64,000 nt of DNA. Source: Octopus vulgaris (lineage: Eukaryota). The notes below the pieces were generated by a model that saw nothing but the letters and a program-made list of their open reading frames with translations, had not been told where the DNA came from and made no database searches. The translations under genes and the position numbers were made by a program. Within the stretch, counting starts at the first letter, position 1. Each line of letters opens with the position of its first letter. Location of the stretch: the NCBI GenBank assembly GCA_951406725.2, contig OX597820.1, positions 21,700,001 to 21,764,000 on the forward strand. Direction: 5' to 3'. Of the stretch, positions 1-13,352 are shown in pieces.

Positions 1-406
1 AGCTAGAAAATCTAAATAAACAAATACAACAAAATTTAAGCATTGGTTAAGCGTGACTCATTTTCGCAACATGTACACAAAAAAAAAAAAACTGTATGGT
101 TTCTATCCTTCCATTTCGGTAACGCTTCAGTTTTAACACTTCAGTTTCTGACCTAGCAACCAAACCCCATCTCTTGTTTTTTTTGGGTATTTTTTTCTCT
201 TTCCATGGCTGATATCATTGCAGACGGAACAGCTGTCAGTTGATAAGCGACATACGCCAACATCTAGTGGTACATTTACGAGGTATATTTGTACTTGTTA
301 TAGTTATAACAATCATCATATGATCATTTTATTTTTCTTGTGTATTCATGATATAAAAGACGCATGAAGATGCATACTTTAAGAGATGAGGGGCTGGAAA
401 TAATAC

Positions 407-528
407 TTTTTATTCTGTTACTCTTTTACATGTTTCAGTCATTTGACTGCGGCCATGCTGCAGCATCGCCTTTAGTCGAGCAAATCGACCCCAGGACTTA
501 TTCTTTGTAAGCCTAGTACTTATTCTAT
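407..528 (-). mobile_element. SINE group A, 3' fragment
   Basis: Matches the tail (cttttac.tgtttcagtcatttgactgcggccatgctg) of full copies such as 6119-6526 and abuts the transposase remnant. Confidence 0.8.
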
Positions 529-1459
529 CTAAACTTTGAAGACAATTCAGGAAAATCAATGAGGTCAATTGCAAAACAATTCGTGTGTCAGAAAAAATAA
601 TCAGAAATGTTGTGCATGAAGACATCGGATACAAATCTTACGTGATGAGGAGAGGTCAATTCATGGCAGAAAAAAAAAACGAACGGAAACCGTTTAGTCA
701 AATCCAAAAGACTTTTGAACAAACTTAAAAATCCATCGGGAGATGGTGTGATTTGGTTTTTCTCAGATGAGAAAAACTTTGACCAGGACTAAAAACTAAC
801 AGAAGAAATGACAGATGTTCCAAGAGTAATGCACACAAAATTCCCTGGAAGTGTTATGGTTTTGGTTGTTGTTAGCAATGAAGGACATGTGATGCCTCCT
901 CACTTTTTTTCCACAAAGCCTTAGGGTTAATGCTGCTGCGTATATTGAGGTTCTGAGTAAAGTTGTTAAGCCTTGGATCAACAATGGAAGGCCTCATGTC
1001 TTTCAACAAGATTCTGCACCATCACAAGGCTCATATGACACAAGAATGGATGGCCGACAACATTTGGCCTCCTAATTCTACAGATCTCAATCCACTGGAC
1101 TACTATGTATGGAGCATCGTTGAGAAAAATGTCAATGAACACCTCCATAGCACCAAAGATTCTTTGAAAGCCACCATAGTTCGAGTCATGTCCGATATGA
1201 ACAAGGACCACTTAATCTGAGCTTGTAAACGATTTCGACCCCGCGTAGAGGTAGTTATTGATGCTTATGGTAGTTCTATTGGATGAAATTATTAAATTGA
1301 TAATTTAGCTTTATGTTTATGTTCTTTTTATAAAACTACAGTTTTTTTCTGTTATCATAATTAAAAGCGTTATTATAATTAAAAGCGTTATTTTCTGTTA
1401 CTATAATAAAAAGCGTTTTTTAAACCATAAACCTGTCCTCAAATATCGTTCTCACCCTG
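529..1459 (+). mobile_element. Decayed Tc1/mariner-superfamily transposon (maT/DD37D-like), 5'-truncated, right TIR retained
   Basis: Across frameshifts and stops it reads IWFFSDEKNF (~751-780), FQQDSAPSHK (~1000) and WPPNSTDLNPLDYYVWS (ORF 963-1220). It ends ...ctcaccctg|ta (revcomp TA-CAGGGTG). A third catalytic D in DLNPLDY is typical of maT/DD37D. Confidence 0.85.
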
Positions 1460-1876
1460 TACATATCGATAGATATTTATAATACACTATACTTACTGAA
1501 AAATATAAACAAATTGTTTCTATATACAATATCTTCGTTGATATAAAAAGAGAGACTGTACACCACACACATCCTCACACGCAGTACGTACACACGCATA
1601 CAAACACATATACACGCACATACACACATGTATGTTTTATGCATATACGCATGTATGTATGCATATAGTTGGTGTTAATCTTGTGTTGGAATTTCATAGG
1701 TACTGAGTACTGTCATTAACTGTTCATAGAGATACTGCTTATAAATCCACTAATACTAAAGGCTAAACTAAACTGAATCGACCAATTTGCCTATATAACG
1801 CATTGCTGGCGAGAGAAAACACCCCTTTCACTCTTCCCTCGAAAAAACATTAACACACCTGTTATATATTAATCGA

Positions 1877-2133
1877 GTGGAGGCGCGTGGCTTAGTGGTT
1901 AGGGTGTCTGCATCATGATCGTAAGATTGTGGTTTCGATTCCTGGACCAGGCGACGCGTTGTGTTCTTGAGCAAAACACTTCATTTCACGTTGCTCCTGT
2001 CCACTCAGCTGGCAAAAATGAGTAACGCTGCGATGGACTGGTGTCTCGTCCAGCTGGGGAACATATACGCCATAGAAAACGGAAAACTGGGCCCACGAGC
2101 CTGGCAAGGGCTTTAAAAAAAGGTGCATTTATT
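1877..2133 (+). mobile_element. SINE group B (tRNA-like head)
   Basis: Head gtggaggcgcgtggcttagtggttaggg...ggtttcgattcc carries A/B-box-like motifs. Near-identical copies at 3579, 15855, 32470 and 44301. Confidence 0.9.
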
Positions 2134-2385
2134 AGTTTAATATATTAATCGAGCAAACTATCTATGTGTCCTTCTTTAAAACAGCAGAATGTAAATTAAT
2201 GTGAACCACACTAAAGTAGTGGCTCTCAACGAATGCACTGCGGCGCATTGGTGCCTGAATACTAGGGTTCTTTACAAAATCTATACTAATGCTGTAATAT
2301 CTTGAAGCGTGTTGTCATAAGTTTGTCATACACAAGTGTGATTAAAGAGAACAAAATAAGCAATAAATGTTTTTCTTCGTTTTAT

Positions 2386-2927
<542 letters not shown>

Positions 2928-3578
2928 TACTTTTCTATAATTTTTTCTTTCTTTCAATTTCAAAGCCATTAATTATTTTAAGTTTTTCCATGCAAAAAGA
3001 ACCAGTAATTTATTTTGATAATCTGTGCGCCGACATGCCAAAAGATAGAACCTGTTGTGTAGGAACTCTTTCATTGGCTGGAGATATAATCGTGTTCTGG
3101 TATGTAGTTTTCTCATCAACACTCCTGAAAATTACATCCGTTTTATACAACAGAAGCAGTATTAAATTTAAAAAGCCATCTGTGTATCATACCTAATGCA
3201 GTTAAATCCCCAAAGAAAAAAAAAGTCAATACTGCTGTGTTCGTCGGAAAATAATATCCCTTATGGACGTACTGTGTTTAAAAGCACAAATATTTATCAG
3301 TAGTAGACGAAAATCTTCCAGTAGCGGCAGTGAGATTACTAAATGCGCGTTTTTGGTGTCCGTAGATTTTAAGTATTATTGTCATATAAATCTCTTCTAA
3401 AATTGATTTCGTTTCCTTAGAAATACAGTTTCGCAAGGTTCGTGATGGCAAATGTTAGAGTTAGGTCACTTAGTGAGATACATATTCCATAATATTCCAT
3501 ATTATGCTCTATTGATCACCATTTTCTGTAACTTACTATGCTTTCCGCTTCAATTTGTGTGATGTATAATAGATACGT

Positions 3579-3830
3579 GTGGAGGCGCGTGGTTTAGTGG
3601 TTAGGGTGTCAGCATCATGATCTTAAGGTTGTGGTTTCGATTCCTGGACCGGGCGACGCGTTGTGTTCTTGAGCAAAACACTTCATTTCACGTTGCTCCA
3701 GTCCACTCAGCTGGCAAAAATGAGTAATGCTGCGATGGACTGGTATCCCGTCCAGCTGGGGAACACATACGCCATAGAAACCGGGAAACCGGGCCCATGA
3801 GCCTGGCTAGGCTTTAAAAAGGGCGCATTG
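3579..3830 (+). mobile_element. SINE group B
   Basis: Near-identical to 1877-2133; the tail runs into (tta)n. Confidence 0.9.
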
Positions 3831-3843
3831 ATTTATTTATTTA

Positions 3844-3918
<75 letters not shown>

Positions 3919-3921
<3 letters not shown>

Positions 3922-4128
3922 TAGTTTTATTTTTATAGCGTGCTTTCACTTCACTACCGAGCACAGCTCTGTGTGCCTTGGGTATGTGCTGTGATTTGTT
4001 GTGATGCTCTGATGGTTATTGTATGGAAATTGTTCTGCGTAGGATGTGTGCAGTGCCTAGTAGTGCAATTTTCTGTATGTTATATGTGTTTGTAAGTCCT
4101 GGTGTTTTTGTTATGTATTTGTCTGAAT
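3919..4128 (-). mobile_element. R4/Dong-type (RLE) non-LTR retrotransposon 3' end, family 1
   Basis: Minus strand encodes SDKYITKTPGLTNTYNIQKIALLGTAHILRRTISIQ* followed by a 3' UTR. Flanked on both sides by (TAA)n, the known Dong target. Confidence 0.8.
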
Positions 4129-4135
4129 ATGTTAT

Positions 4136-4198
<63 letters not shown>

Positions 4199-4201
<3 letters not shown>

Positions 4202-4520
4202 GTTTGACTTTTGCTTTATGTTTGTACAAGTTGGCTCCAAGTCTCACCCAGAGACCTCAAGAGACAACAGGTTGGAAGTTCACGTTGTTGTTATGCCTAG
4301 TGTGCCATATATTTGTTGTTTTCTTTTTTGGTGTTGTACTAGTGAATGTCTAATAAATAAATTTTTTTTTTAAATAATAAAAAGTTTGTTTTAAACCTTG
4401 AGATTACATAGAGAGTATTTTGCGTAGGATATGAGCAGTTCCCATGAGCACTATCTTTTGAATTTCTGCCATTTTGGGGTTTCCTGGTATCTGAGTTAGG
4501 TAGCAATCAGCCCCTTTCGC
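4199..4520 (-). mobile_element. R4/Dong-type retrotransposon 3' end, family 2
   Basis: Minus strand encodes AKGADCYLTQIPGNPKMAEIQKIVLMGTAHILRKILSM* plus a different 3' UTR; embedded in (TAA)n. Confidence 0.8.
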
Positions 4521-4598
4521 TTATTATTATTATTATTATTATTATTATTGTTGTTGTTGTTGTTGTTGTTATTGTTATTGTTATTGTTATTATTATTA

Positions 4599-4642
<44 letters not shown>

Positions 4643-4673
4643 GTTGTTGTTGTTGTTATTATTATTATTATTA

Positions 4674-4733
<60 letters not shown>
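4521..4733. repeat. (TTA)n/(TTG)n microsatellite
   Basis: Direct reading; source of the poly-I and poly-L ORFs. Confidence 0.95.
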
Positions 4734-4735
<2 letters not shown>

Positions 4736-5133
4736 GGCACGTAAGAATGGATGTTGTCTCTAACATAGAACTATTTGTCATTATGTAAGCTATCATTATC
4801 CCTATAATCAAACGCTATTTATACCGCATTCAGAGGCTATCTCTCATATTGCTAATATTTACAGGAATTTGTTTCAGAAAAATTCTCCATGCCTAAACAT
4901 AATGTGAAAGGAATAAATGATAATGTATAGACACGCAAATAGCGCGGGCATGGCTGTGTAAATAAGAAGTTCATTTTGCAGCCACGCAGTTTTGGGTTCA
5001 ATCTCACTGCGCGGCACCATGGATAATGCTTTCTACAATGTGTGGAGGTACGTCGGGTATATGTGTATGTGTGTGTGCTTGTATGTGTTTATGTACGTGT
5101 ATGTCTGTGTATATATATATATCTATATATCTA

Positions 5134-5179
<46 letters not shown>

Positions 5180-5540
5180 TTTTACTCTCTTACTCTTTTA
5201 CTTGTTTCAGTCATTTGACTGTGGCCATGCTGGAGCACCACCTTTAGTCGAGCAAATCGACCCCAGGACTTATTCTTTGTAAGCCTAGTACTTATACTAT
5301 CGGTTTCTTTTGCCGAACCGCTAAGTAACGGGGACGTAAACACACCAGCATCGGTTGTCAAGCGATGTTCGGGGACAAACACACACACACAAACACACAC
5401 ACACACACACATACATACATATATCTGACGGGCTTCTTTCAGTTTCCGTCTACCAAATCCACTCACAAGGCTTTGTTCAGCCCGAGGCTATAGTAGAAGA
5501 CACTTGCCCAAGGTGCCACATAGTGGGACTGAATCCTGAA

Positions 5541-5543
<3 letters not shown>
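5180..5543 (-). mobile_element. SINE group A, head truncated
   Basis: Same body as 6119-6526; ends at ...gaatcctgaacca into (TA)n. Confidence 0.9.
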
Positions 5544-5608
<65 letters not shown>

Positions 5609-5904
5609 AATAATATATAAATATATGCATATATATATATATAATATAACTAATATATAAATATATGCATATATACATACATATGTGTACATACCTACAT
5701 CTATATGTACATATACATGCATATATGGGTACAGGACATCAAAAAAACATTGAACACGATGAGAAACGAAAACATAAAAACAAAAACATGGAAACGACCT
5801 TTTTTTTATACAACGATAAAACAGAGTACAAGACATACAACACAAAGAATATTCCCCTTCTTCAGTTGTCCCTGTTTCGTCTACTTCGCGTTTACACAGT
5901 ACAC

Positions 5905-6035
5905 TAAGGAATAGGAGACCAGTGGTGGCGCCACGAACGGTACGGAGCCCGGAAAATGTGGAACGCGTCAGACAAGCTTTCAGAAATGCATCAATGAAAA
6001 CGGACACCACATGATGGATCTTGTTTTCCATACTT
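5905..6035. mobile_element. Rearranged Tc1/mariner N-terminal fragment
   Basis: Plus strand reads PRTVRSPENVERVRQA, resembling the HTH-linker region. The adjacent minus strand reads MENKIHHVVSVFIDAFLK, which resembles an N-terminus. Confidence 0.4.
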
Positions 6036-6118
6036 GATTTTTGACGAATGCTAATTCAATACAGACACGTTGACGTCATTAAAATTTGTTTGTAGCTAAA
6101 ATTAATGATTTTGTGAAT

Positions 6119-6526
6119 TACTCTTTACTCTCTTTTACTCTTTTACTTGTTTCAGTCATGTGACTGGGGTCATGCTGGAGCACCGCCTTTAGTCAAGAAA
6201 ATCGACCCCCAGGACTTATTCTTTGTAAGCCTAGTACTTATTCTATCCGTCTCTTTTGCCGAACCGCTAAGTTACGGGGACGTAAACACACCAGCATCGG
6301 TTGTCAATCGATATTGGGGGAGGACAAACACACACACATACACATATATATATACAAATATACGACGGGCTTCTTTCAGTTTCCGTCTACCAAATCCACT
6401 CACAAGGCTTTGGTCGGCTCGAGGCTATAGTAGAAGACACTTGCCCAAGGTGCCACGCAATGGGACTGAACTCGGAACCATGCGGTTAGTAAGCAAGCTA
6501 CTTACCTCACAGCCACTCCTGCGCCT
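6119..6526 (-). mobile_element. SINE group A, full length
   Basis: Complete head (revcomp ggcgcaggagtggctgtg) through to the tail repeats. Confidence 0.9.
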
Positions 6527-6876
6527 ATTGTTAAAAAATCTCCGTCCTCTCTACCCCCACCGTATATATATATGTAATATATGTATGTCTGATGTGCGTA
6601 GGAGAGGTCAATGTCTTACAGAAACTAGTTTCATCCCACGCAAGAATCGACGAACTGAAAAGTATGAAAACTTTTATGAAATCAAGACAGCAGCCTACTT
6701 TGGATCGTTTACCAATTCCATTACCAACGGCTTACGCAAAATTCCTGTCAGTCCCGTTGTCGAAATTAACACTGAACTCGCACTCATCTCTTCTGATTAA
6801 ATTGTTGATAGTAAAGCAGAATCATATACATATCTACGTGTGTGTGTGTGTGTGTGTGTGTCTGTGTGTGTGTGTG

Positions 6877-6907
<31 letters not shown>

Positions 6908-6929
6908 GTGGTGTTTATGTGTGTGTTTA

Positions 6930-7300
6930 TGTTTGTCCCTCCCACCATCGCTTGATAGCCGATGTTGGCATGTTTACGTCCCCATAACTTAACTGTTCGG
7001 CAAAAGAGAAACGACAAAATAAGTATTAGACTTTACAAATAATAAGTCTTGGTGTCAATTTGTTCAACTAAAGGTGGTGCTCCAGCGTGGCCGCAATCAA
7101 ATAATTGAAACAAGTAAAAGAATAATAAAAGAAATATGTAGGAGTGGCTGTGTGGTAAGTAGCTTGCTTACCAACCACATTGCTCCGGGTTGAGTCCCAC
7201 TGCGCAGCACCTTGGGCAAGTGTCTTCCACTATAGCCTCGGGCCGACCAATGCCTTGTGAGTGGATTTGGTAGACGAAGACTGAAAGAAGCCCGTCGTAT
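6930..7300 (+). mobile_element. SINE group A: diverged 3' half followed by a 5' half
   Basis: 6930-7130 matches the tail half; 7137-7300 matches the head half. Confidence 0.75.
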
Positions 7301-7603
7301 ATATGTATATATATATATATATATATGTATATGTGTGTATATGTTTGTATGTCTGTATATATATATATATGTATATATGTATATATAGTATGTGTGTGTG
7401 TGTATCAGTTTATTTCTCTATCACTGCTTATGTGTTGCTTATTTCTCTCTCTCCCTTTCTCTCACCCTACCTCTCTTCCTCCCTCTTACTCCTTCTCTCT
7501 CTCTCTCTCTCTCACTCTCTCCATTACTTATTTCAAGTCTTCAACATCTGAACATATGATCATGACTTGCATGTAATTTACAAAGAAAATATTCCGCTGC
7601 AAC

Positions 7604-7664
<61 letters not shown>

Positions 7665-8279
7665 GTGTGTATTGTATTATATGCCTATATTTATGTATAT
7701 ATATAAGTACATATATATGCCCACACATACATACACACACACCACCACCACCGCCACTATCGACAACAACAACAACAAAGCATTATCTGTTAAGGGAACT
7801 AGTGTTGAAAGGATTCACTCAAAACTTTTCCCCCCTTAATGCTTGGCAGTCATCCAAACAGAATATTATGCAAAATTTTAAGCAGAAGAAACAACAGCAA
7901 TACAACAACAAAAAAAAATGATTCACCTAAAAAAATTTTTTTTCTTTTTTAAAGGTGTGTGATTTGGAAGGGGAGAAAAAAAATGAAAAGTGAGGGTTGA
8001 GTCAAAGCCAACTTATATGAACGTATTTGAGAGTTGAGAAAAACAAAATATGCTTTAGTAACTTTAAAAGAGAGGGTTTACCTCGACCCGTGTTTCATCA
8101 CCTAATATAATAACGAGATGATTAAGAACTATAATATGGAATTTGGTGTAAGGAATAAATCTGCACACAAGATTGCAGTCAGGTTGATTATTTGTATAAC
8201 ATTTGCTAATTATTATGTTTTTTTTATCAAACTTTCTCTTTCTACCTTCATCTCTCTATCTACATCTACATCTATGTAT

Positions 8280-8344
<65 letters not shown>

Positions 8345-8349
8345 CAGAG

Positions 8350-8409
<60 letters not shown>

Positions 8410-8651
8410 TATTTGATATATAAATATATATAATATAATTCTTTCTTACGAAATATATAGTACTGCTTAAGATGTGCTCGGGCCGAAACCGAGACAAATG
8501 ATAAGAATTAAAATCAAAGCTCAAATTAGAGAATCAATTTTTTTTATATGTCGAGATATATATATATATATATATTGAATTTATGACTATGTATGCGTAT
8601 ATGTAAAAAAAAGTTGATTGCCTAATTGAGATTTTATTTTTATTCTTATAC

Positions 8652-8716
<65 letters not shown>

Positions 8717-8830
8717 TTTGAGTAGTTGAATGAATTATCTTGTAATGGATAATTCGGTTCACCGATACCTGGGTAGCAAATTCACATCAGAGAAGACACG
8801 TTTGAAGTTACGTGCTTTTTTTTTAAATAT

Positions 8831-9239
8831 AAATATATGAAAGAATGAAGTTGAACGACGAATTAACAAAATTCCTTTATTTTCGACATATGTTTCGAAG
8901 GCTGCATATTCCTAATTGCGAAGGAATAAGGAGTATATTATGCCGCTTTCTCATCAGGAAAAGCAAGGAACTTATGTCAACATCAAGATGCATAAAAAAT
9001 TTTTAGATGACTGCTCACACGGAGCCCATAGTGATAATTATCACTATCGGCTCCGTGTGAGCAGTCATCTAAAAGTTTTTTGTGCATCTTGATGTTGACA
9101 TAAGTTCCTTGCTTTCCTGATGAGAAAGCGGCATAATATACTCCTTATTCTTTTCGCAATTAGGAATATGCAGCCTTCGAAACATATGTCGAAAATAAAG
9201 GAATTTTGTTAATTCGTCGTTTAACTCCATTCTTTCATA

Positions 9240-9244
<5 letters not shown>
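8831..9244. mobile_element. Loop-less ~414-bp palindrome with a hammerhead motif in each arm (PLE-like inverted terminus)
   Basis: Arms are reverse complements about atagtgataa|ttatcactat (axis 9037/9038). (TA)n lies immediately to the right and ~120 bp to the left. Confidence 0.8.
9113..9194 (+). ncRNA. Minimal type I hammerhead ribozyme motif
   Basis: tttc-CTGATGA(9117-9123)-gaaagcggcata...tatgcagccttc (stem II, 10/12 pairs)-GAAA(9179-9182)-catat-GTC(9188-9190)-gaaa (stem I). Mirror copy on minus at ~8880-8963. Confidence 0.75.
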
Positions 9245-9290
<46 letters not shown>

Positions 9291-9562
9291 ATGTATGTAT
9301 ATGTATATGTCGATTGTATTTGTTTAACATTCTCCGTTTTTTCCGTCCTTGCTTTCGTATACATTCGCTGCTTTCTTCTAAGGAATCTAATGTTCTTAGC
9401 TTTGCTTTTCTTTGGGGCTGGCCAGATTGGAGCAATCTCGAGTATAATCAGCTGAAATTGCGAAGATAATCTGGTACTCGACTGAGTAACGAAAACTATC
9501 GTGTCGCCCCTTTTTTTGTATCACTTAACTGTTAGCATGTTTTGCGTTCTTGTTCCATTTTG

Positions 9563-9602
<40 letters not shown>

Positions 9603-9662
9603 ATATGGGTACGTCACCAACGGTCCAAATAACACACACACAAGAGATGTAGGTATATATAT

Positions 9663-9955
9663 GTGGAGGCACAATGGTCCAATTGTTAGGGCAGCAGACT
9701 CGCGGTCGGAGGTTTTGATTCCCAGACCAGGCGTTGTGTGTGTATACGGAGGGAAAACACCTAAAGTTCCACGAGGCTCCGGTGGGGGGGGACCCCTGTT
9801 TTACTCTTTCGCCCCAACTTTCTCTCACTCTTTCTTCCTGATTCTTGAGTAACGCTGCGATGGACTGGCGTACCGTCCAGCTGTGGGGAAACACATACGC
9901 CATAGAAACCGGGAAACCGAGCCCATGAGTCTGGCTAGGCTTGAAAAGGGCGCAA
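9663..9955 (+). mobile_element. SINE group B, subtype with alternative tRNA-Arg-like head
   Basis: Head gtggaggcacaatgg...gactcgcggtcgg. Shares the 3' module gagtaacgctgcgatggactggcg with group B. Second copy at 32838-33135. Confidence 0.85.
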
Positions 9956-9964
9956 AAGAAAAAC

Positions 9965-10019
<55 letters not shown>

Positions 10020-10095
10020 CAAACAGACAGGCAGACATATATACATAGTATGCACAACACAACCTATAATAGAAAATCTCATATAAATTTAATGT

Positions 10096-10512
10096 AGGCG
10101 CAGGAGTGGCTGTGTGGTAAGTAGCTTGCTTACCAACCACATGGTTCCGGGTTCAGTCCCACTGCGTGGCATCTTGGGCAAGTGTCTTCTACTATAGCCT
10201 CGGGCCGACCAATGCCTTGTGAGTGGATTTGGTAGACGGAAACTGAAAGAAGCCTGTCGTATATATGTATGTATATATATATATATGTGTGTGTGTGTAT
10301 GTTTGTGTGTCTGTGTTTGTCCCCCTAGCATTGCTTGACAACCGATGCTGGTGTATTTACGTCCCCGTCACTTAGCGGTTCGGCAAAAGAGACCGATAGA
10401 ATAAGTACTGGGCTTACAAAGAATAAGTCCTGAGGTCGATTTGCTCGACTAAAGGCGGTGCTCCAGCATGGCCGCAGTCAAATGACTGAAACAAGTTAAA
10501 GAGTAAAAGAGT
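10096..10512 (+). mobile_element. SINE group A, full length
   Basis: ggcgcaggagtggctgtgtggtaagtagc...gggttcagtccc...aaagagtaaaagagt. Confidence 0.92.
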
Positions 10513-10896
10513 AGGTGTATTTACAATTCAAATTATTAACCTCAGCGTGAAACTAAAAACAGATGTAAAGATATTTTATTATCCTTTTCTTAAACAGACA
10601 TTATGAGGTTTGTATTGACAGGTTTCAAAGTTTAACGGTCGTTCCTTAAAAGACAGTCAACTTTATTTTCCGTCTACGAAAAAAAGTTATAGCAGATCGC
10701 TATTTATATTAAAAACAAACTTTTTTTTAGCTGAATTTAGTTTAATTTGCATAATGGTCATTCATTAATGATGTGATTCATTAAATAAAATGAATTTATG
10801 CAAAACACAGTGTGTGGTGGAATGTGTGTAAGCCTATGGGTTTCAATTTTATAGCTTGCTGCGAAAACAGAAATAAATGTAAATTATTTTACTATT

Positions 10897-11077
10897 GTTC
10901 TATATTTAAGAGATGAGGAATTACGTACATTATTTACATTATTTACATTTGACGAGTACTTGTCCTCACCTTGTTTGTTGTTAACACAACATTTCGGCCG
11001 ATATACCCTCCAGCCTTCATCAGGTGTCTTGGGGGAAATTTCGAACCTGGGTTCTCACTTTTAAGGTATTTTTCGAT

Positions 11078-11147
<70 letters not shown>

Positions 11148-11328
11148 CATCGAAAAATACCTTAAAAGTGAGAACCCAGGTTCGAAATTTCCCCAAGACA
11201 CCTGATGAAGGCTAGAGGGTATATCAGCCGAAACATTGTGTTAACAACAAACAAGATGAGGACAAATATCCATTAAATGTAAATAATGTAAATAATGTAC
11301 ACAATTCCTCATCTCTTAAATATAGAAC
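10897..11328. mobile_element. ~182-bp inverted repeat around (AAT)n with hammerhead motif (PLE-like terminus)
   Basis: Arms 10897-11079 and 11147-11328 are reverse complements. A third direct copy is at ~11450-11590 and another at ~44985-45135. Confidence 0.8.
11197..11242 (+). ncRNA. Minimal hammerhead ribozyme motif
   Basis: gacac-CTGATGA(11202-11208)-a-ggct...cagcc-GAAA-c-ATT-gtgtt. The copy near 11520 reads GAAAcGTT but its core is mutated. Confidence 0.6.
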
Positions 11329-11352
11329 TGTACTTTCTCTATGTTGTATATT

Positions 11353-11432
<80 letters not shown>

Positions 11433-12459
11433 CAACAACAACAACAACAACATCGAAAAATACCTTAGGAATGAGAAATTTCCCCAAAACACCTAATGCA
11501 GGCTGGACTGTATATCAGCCGAAACGTTGTGTTAACAACAAACAGGATGAGGACAAATATCCGTCAAATGTAAATAATGTAAATAACGTAAATAATAAAT
11601 TGGTATTTCCTTCATACACCGAAAATTACTAGAATTGCCTTTACACGTTTCACATCAAAGGAAAACATGAGAGATAGCTTATAAGATATGTAGTTACAAT
11701 CTCTTACATGCTTTAGTTGACTTAAGTTGGTCATTAGTCTTATTAATATAAATTAAATGATGAAGACTTAGTGTCAAATAGTTAGAGACGGTCGATGGCG
11801 AATTCTCTAATCTTTACGATTCGATAACGTAATGCATAAAATTTAGTTTTCTGACGATTTAACATTAAGTCTTGTTTATACAATTTGCGTTATGTTACTA
11901 ATAATCACCTTATGTTAACGGAACGAGCGTAAGACGATGTAACAAATGTCTTACAATATCTTATCTTTTGTCTTTTTCTATAAGTACATCCATCCATCCA
12001 TCTATATATACATATATACATACACACACGCACGCACACACACACACGCGCACGCATATATACGTGTGTGTGTGCATGTGTATACGTATACATACGTGTA
12101 TGTATATGTATGTAGGCAGGTAGATGGGTAGATAAGTAAGTAGGTAGGTATGCCTGTATCCATTTATCAATCTATTTCGTTATCGCTGCTTATCTGATGT
12201 GCCCACTTCTCTCCCTCTCTTCTCTCTCTCACTCTCTCTCTCTCTCTCTCGCTTTTTCTCTTCTCTCTCTTTTCTTTTTTTCATGCTTTCTCTCTCCCCC
12301 ACCCCGCGTCTCTCGCTCTCATTTCAACTCTTCAACCTTGTAATGCATGAACATGACTTGCAAGTAATTTACAGCAAAAATATTTTCGTTGCAGCATACA
12401 TATTCATATATATATGTGTATATATGTGTGTGTGCCTGTGTATGTGTGTACGTGTACAT

Positions 12460-12495
<36 letters not shown>

Positions 12496-13074
12496 TATAT
12501 ACATATATGAATACACACACACACACACACACAGATATATACGCACACACACACACATACACACATATAACTAACAACAATAAAACACTATCTTTTAGGG
12601 GAAGTCGTGATGAAAGGTTTCACTCAAAAGTTCCTCCGAAGTTAAGCTGTCATCAAAACAGAAAATTATGCAGAATTTTAAACACGTAAAAGGACAGTAA
12701 AAAACAAAAAAATATTCACTTTAAAAGACTTCTTTCTCAAAGGTGAGATTTGAAAGAATAAAATGAGTTGGGGATGCGCCAACTTACAGCAAGATTTTTG
12801 AGGAATGACGAAGACAAATGACATTCTGGGGATTTCAAAAGAGAGATTTTTGCAAGATCTTTCTTTCATCATCTAATAAAGTATTGAAATGATTAAAAAC
12901 TTTATTATGAAATATAACTGTAAGCTGCCAATTTGTACGATATATATGTGTGTAAGTGTGTATATGTATATATATATACACATGTGTGTATATATGTATA
13001 TATGTATATATATATACACATGTGTGTATATATGTATATATGTATATATATATACACATGTGTGTATATATGTA

Positions 13075-13148
<74 letters not shown>

Positions 13149-13312
13149 GTAGAAATATGTTTTGAAAAAAAAATAAAATACACGTAAAAATGTAAGGGTA
13201 AAATATGAAAAATCAACGAAAATGCATATTGTAGATATAAAAAGGCTATTTATGACAGGTAGTGACAAATATATACACAAATATATATACACAAATATAT
13301 ATACACAAATAA

Positions 13313-13351
<39 letters not shown>

Positions 13352-13352
<1 letters not shown>

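Noticed and set aside
1877-1955. tRNA genes at SINE heads
   Set aside because: tRNA-like promoters only; they continue into SINE bodies and lack a proper acceptor stem.
3000-3098. Possible + exon ending TG|GTATGT (PVIYFDNLCADMPKDRTCCVGTLSLAGDIIVFW)
   Set aside because: Poor acceptor and no recognisable domain; cannot be supported without transcripts.
5730-5895. Additional hammerhead in PLE-like fragment (minus CTGAAGA at ~5867-5873)
   Set aside because: No correctly placed downstream GAAA...NTH with pairable stems.
6147-6800. Longest ORF (217 aa) and the recurrent 'RASFSFRLPNPLTRLWSARGYSRRHLPK' peptide family
   Set aside because: Chance open frames through antisense SINE A; the recurrence reflects SINE copy number.
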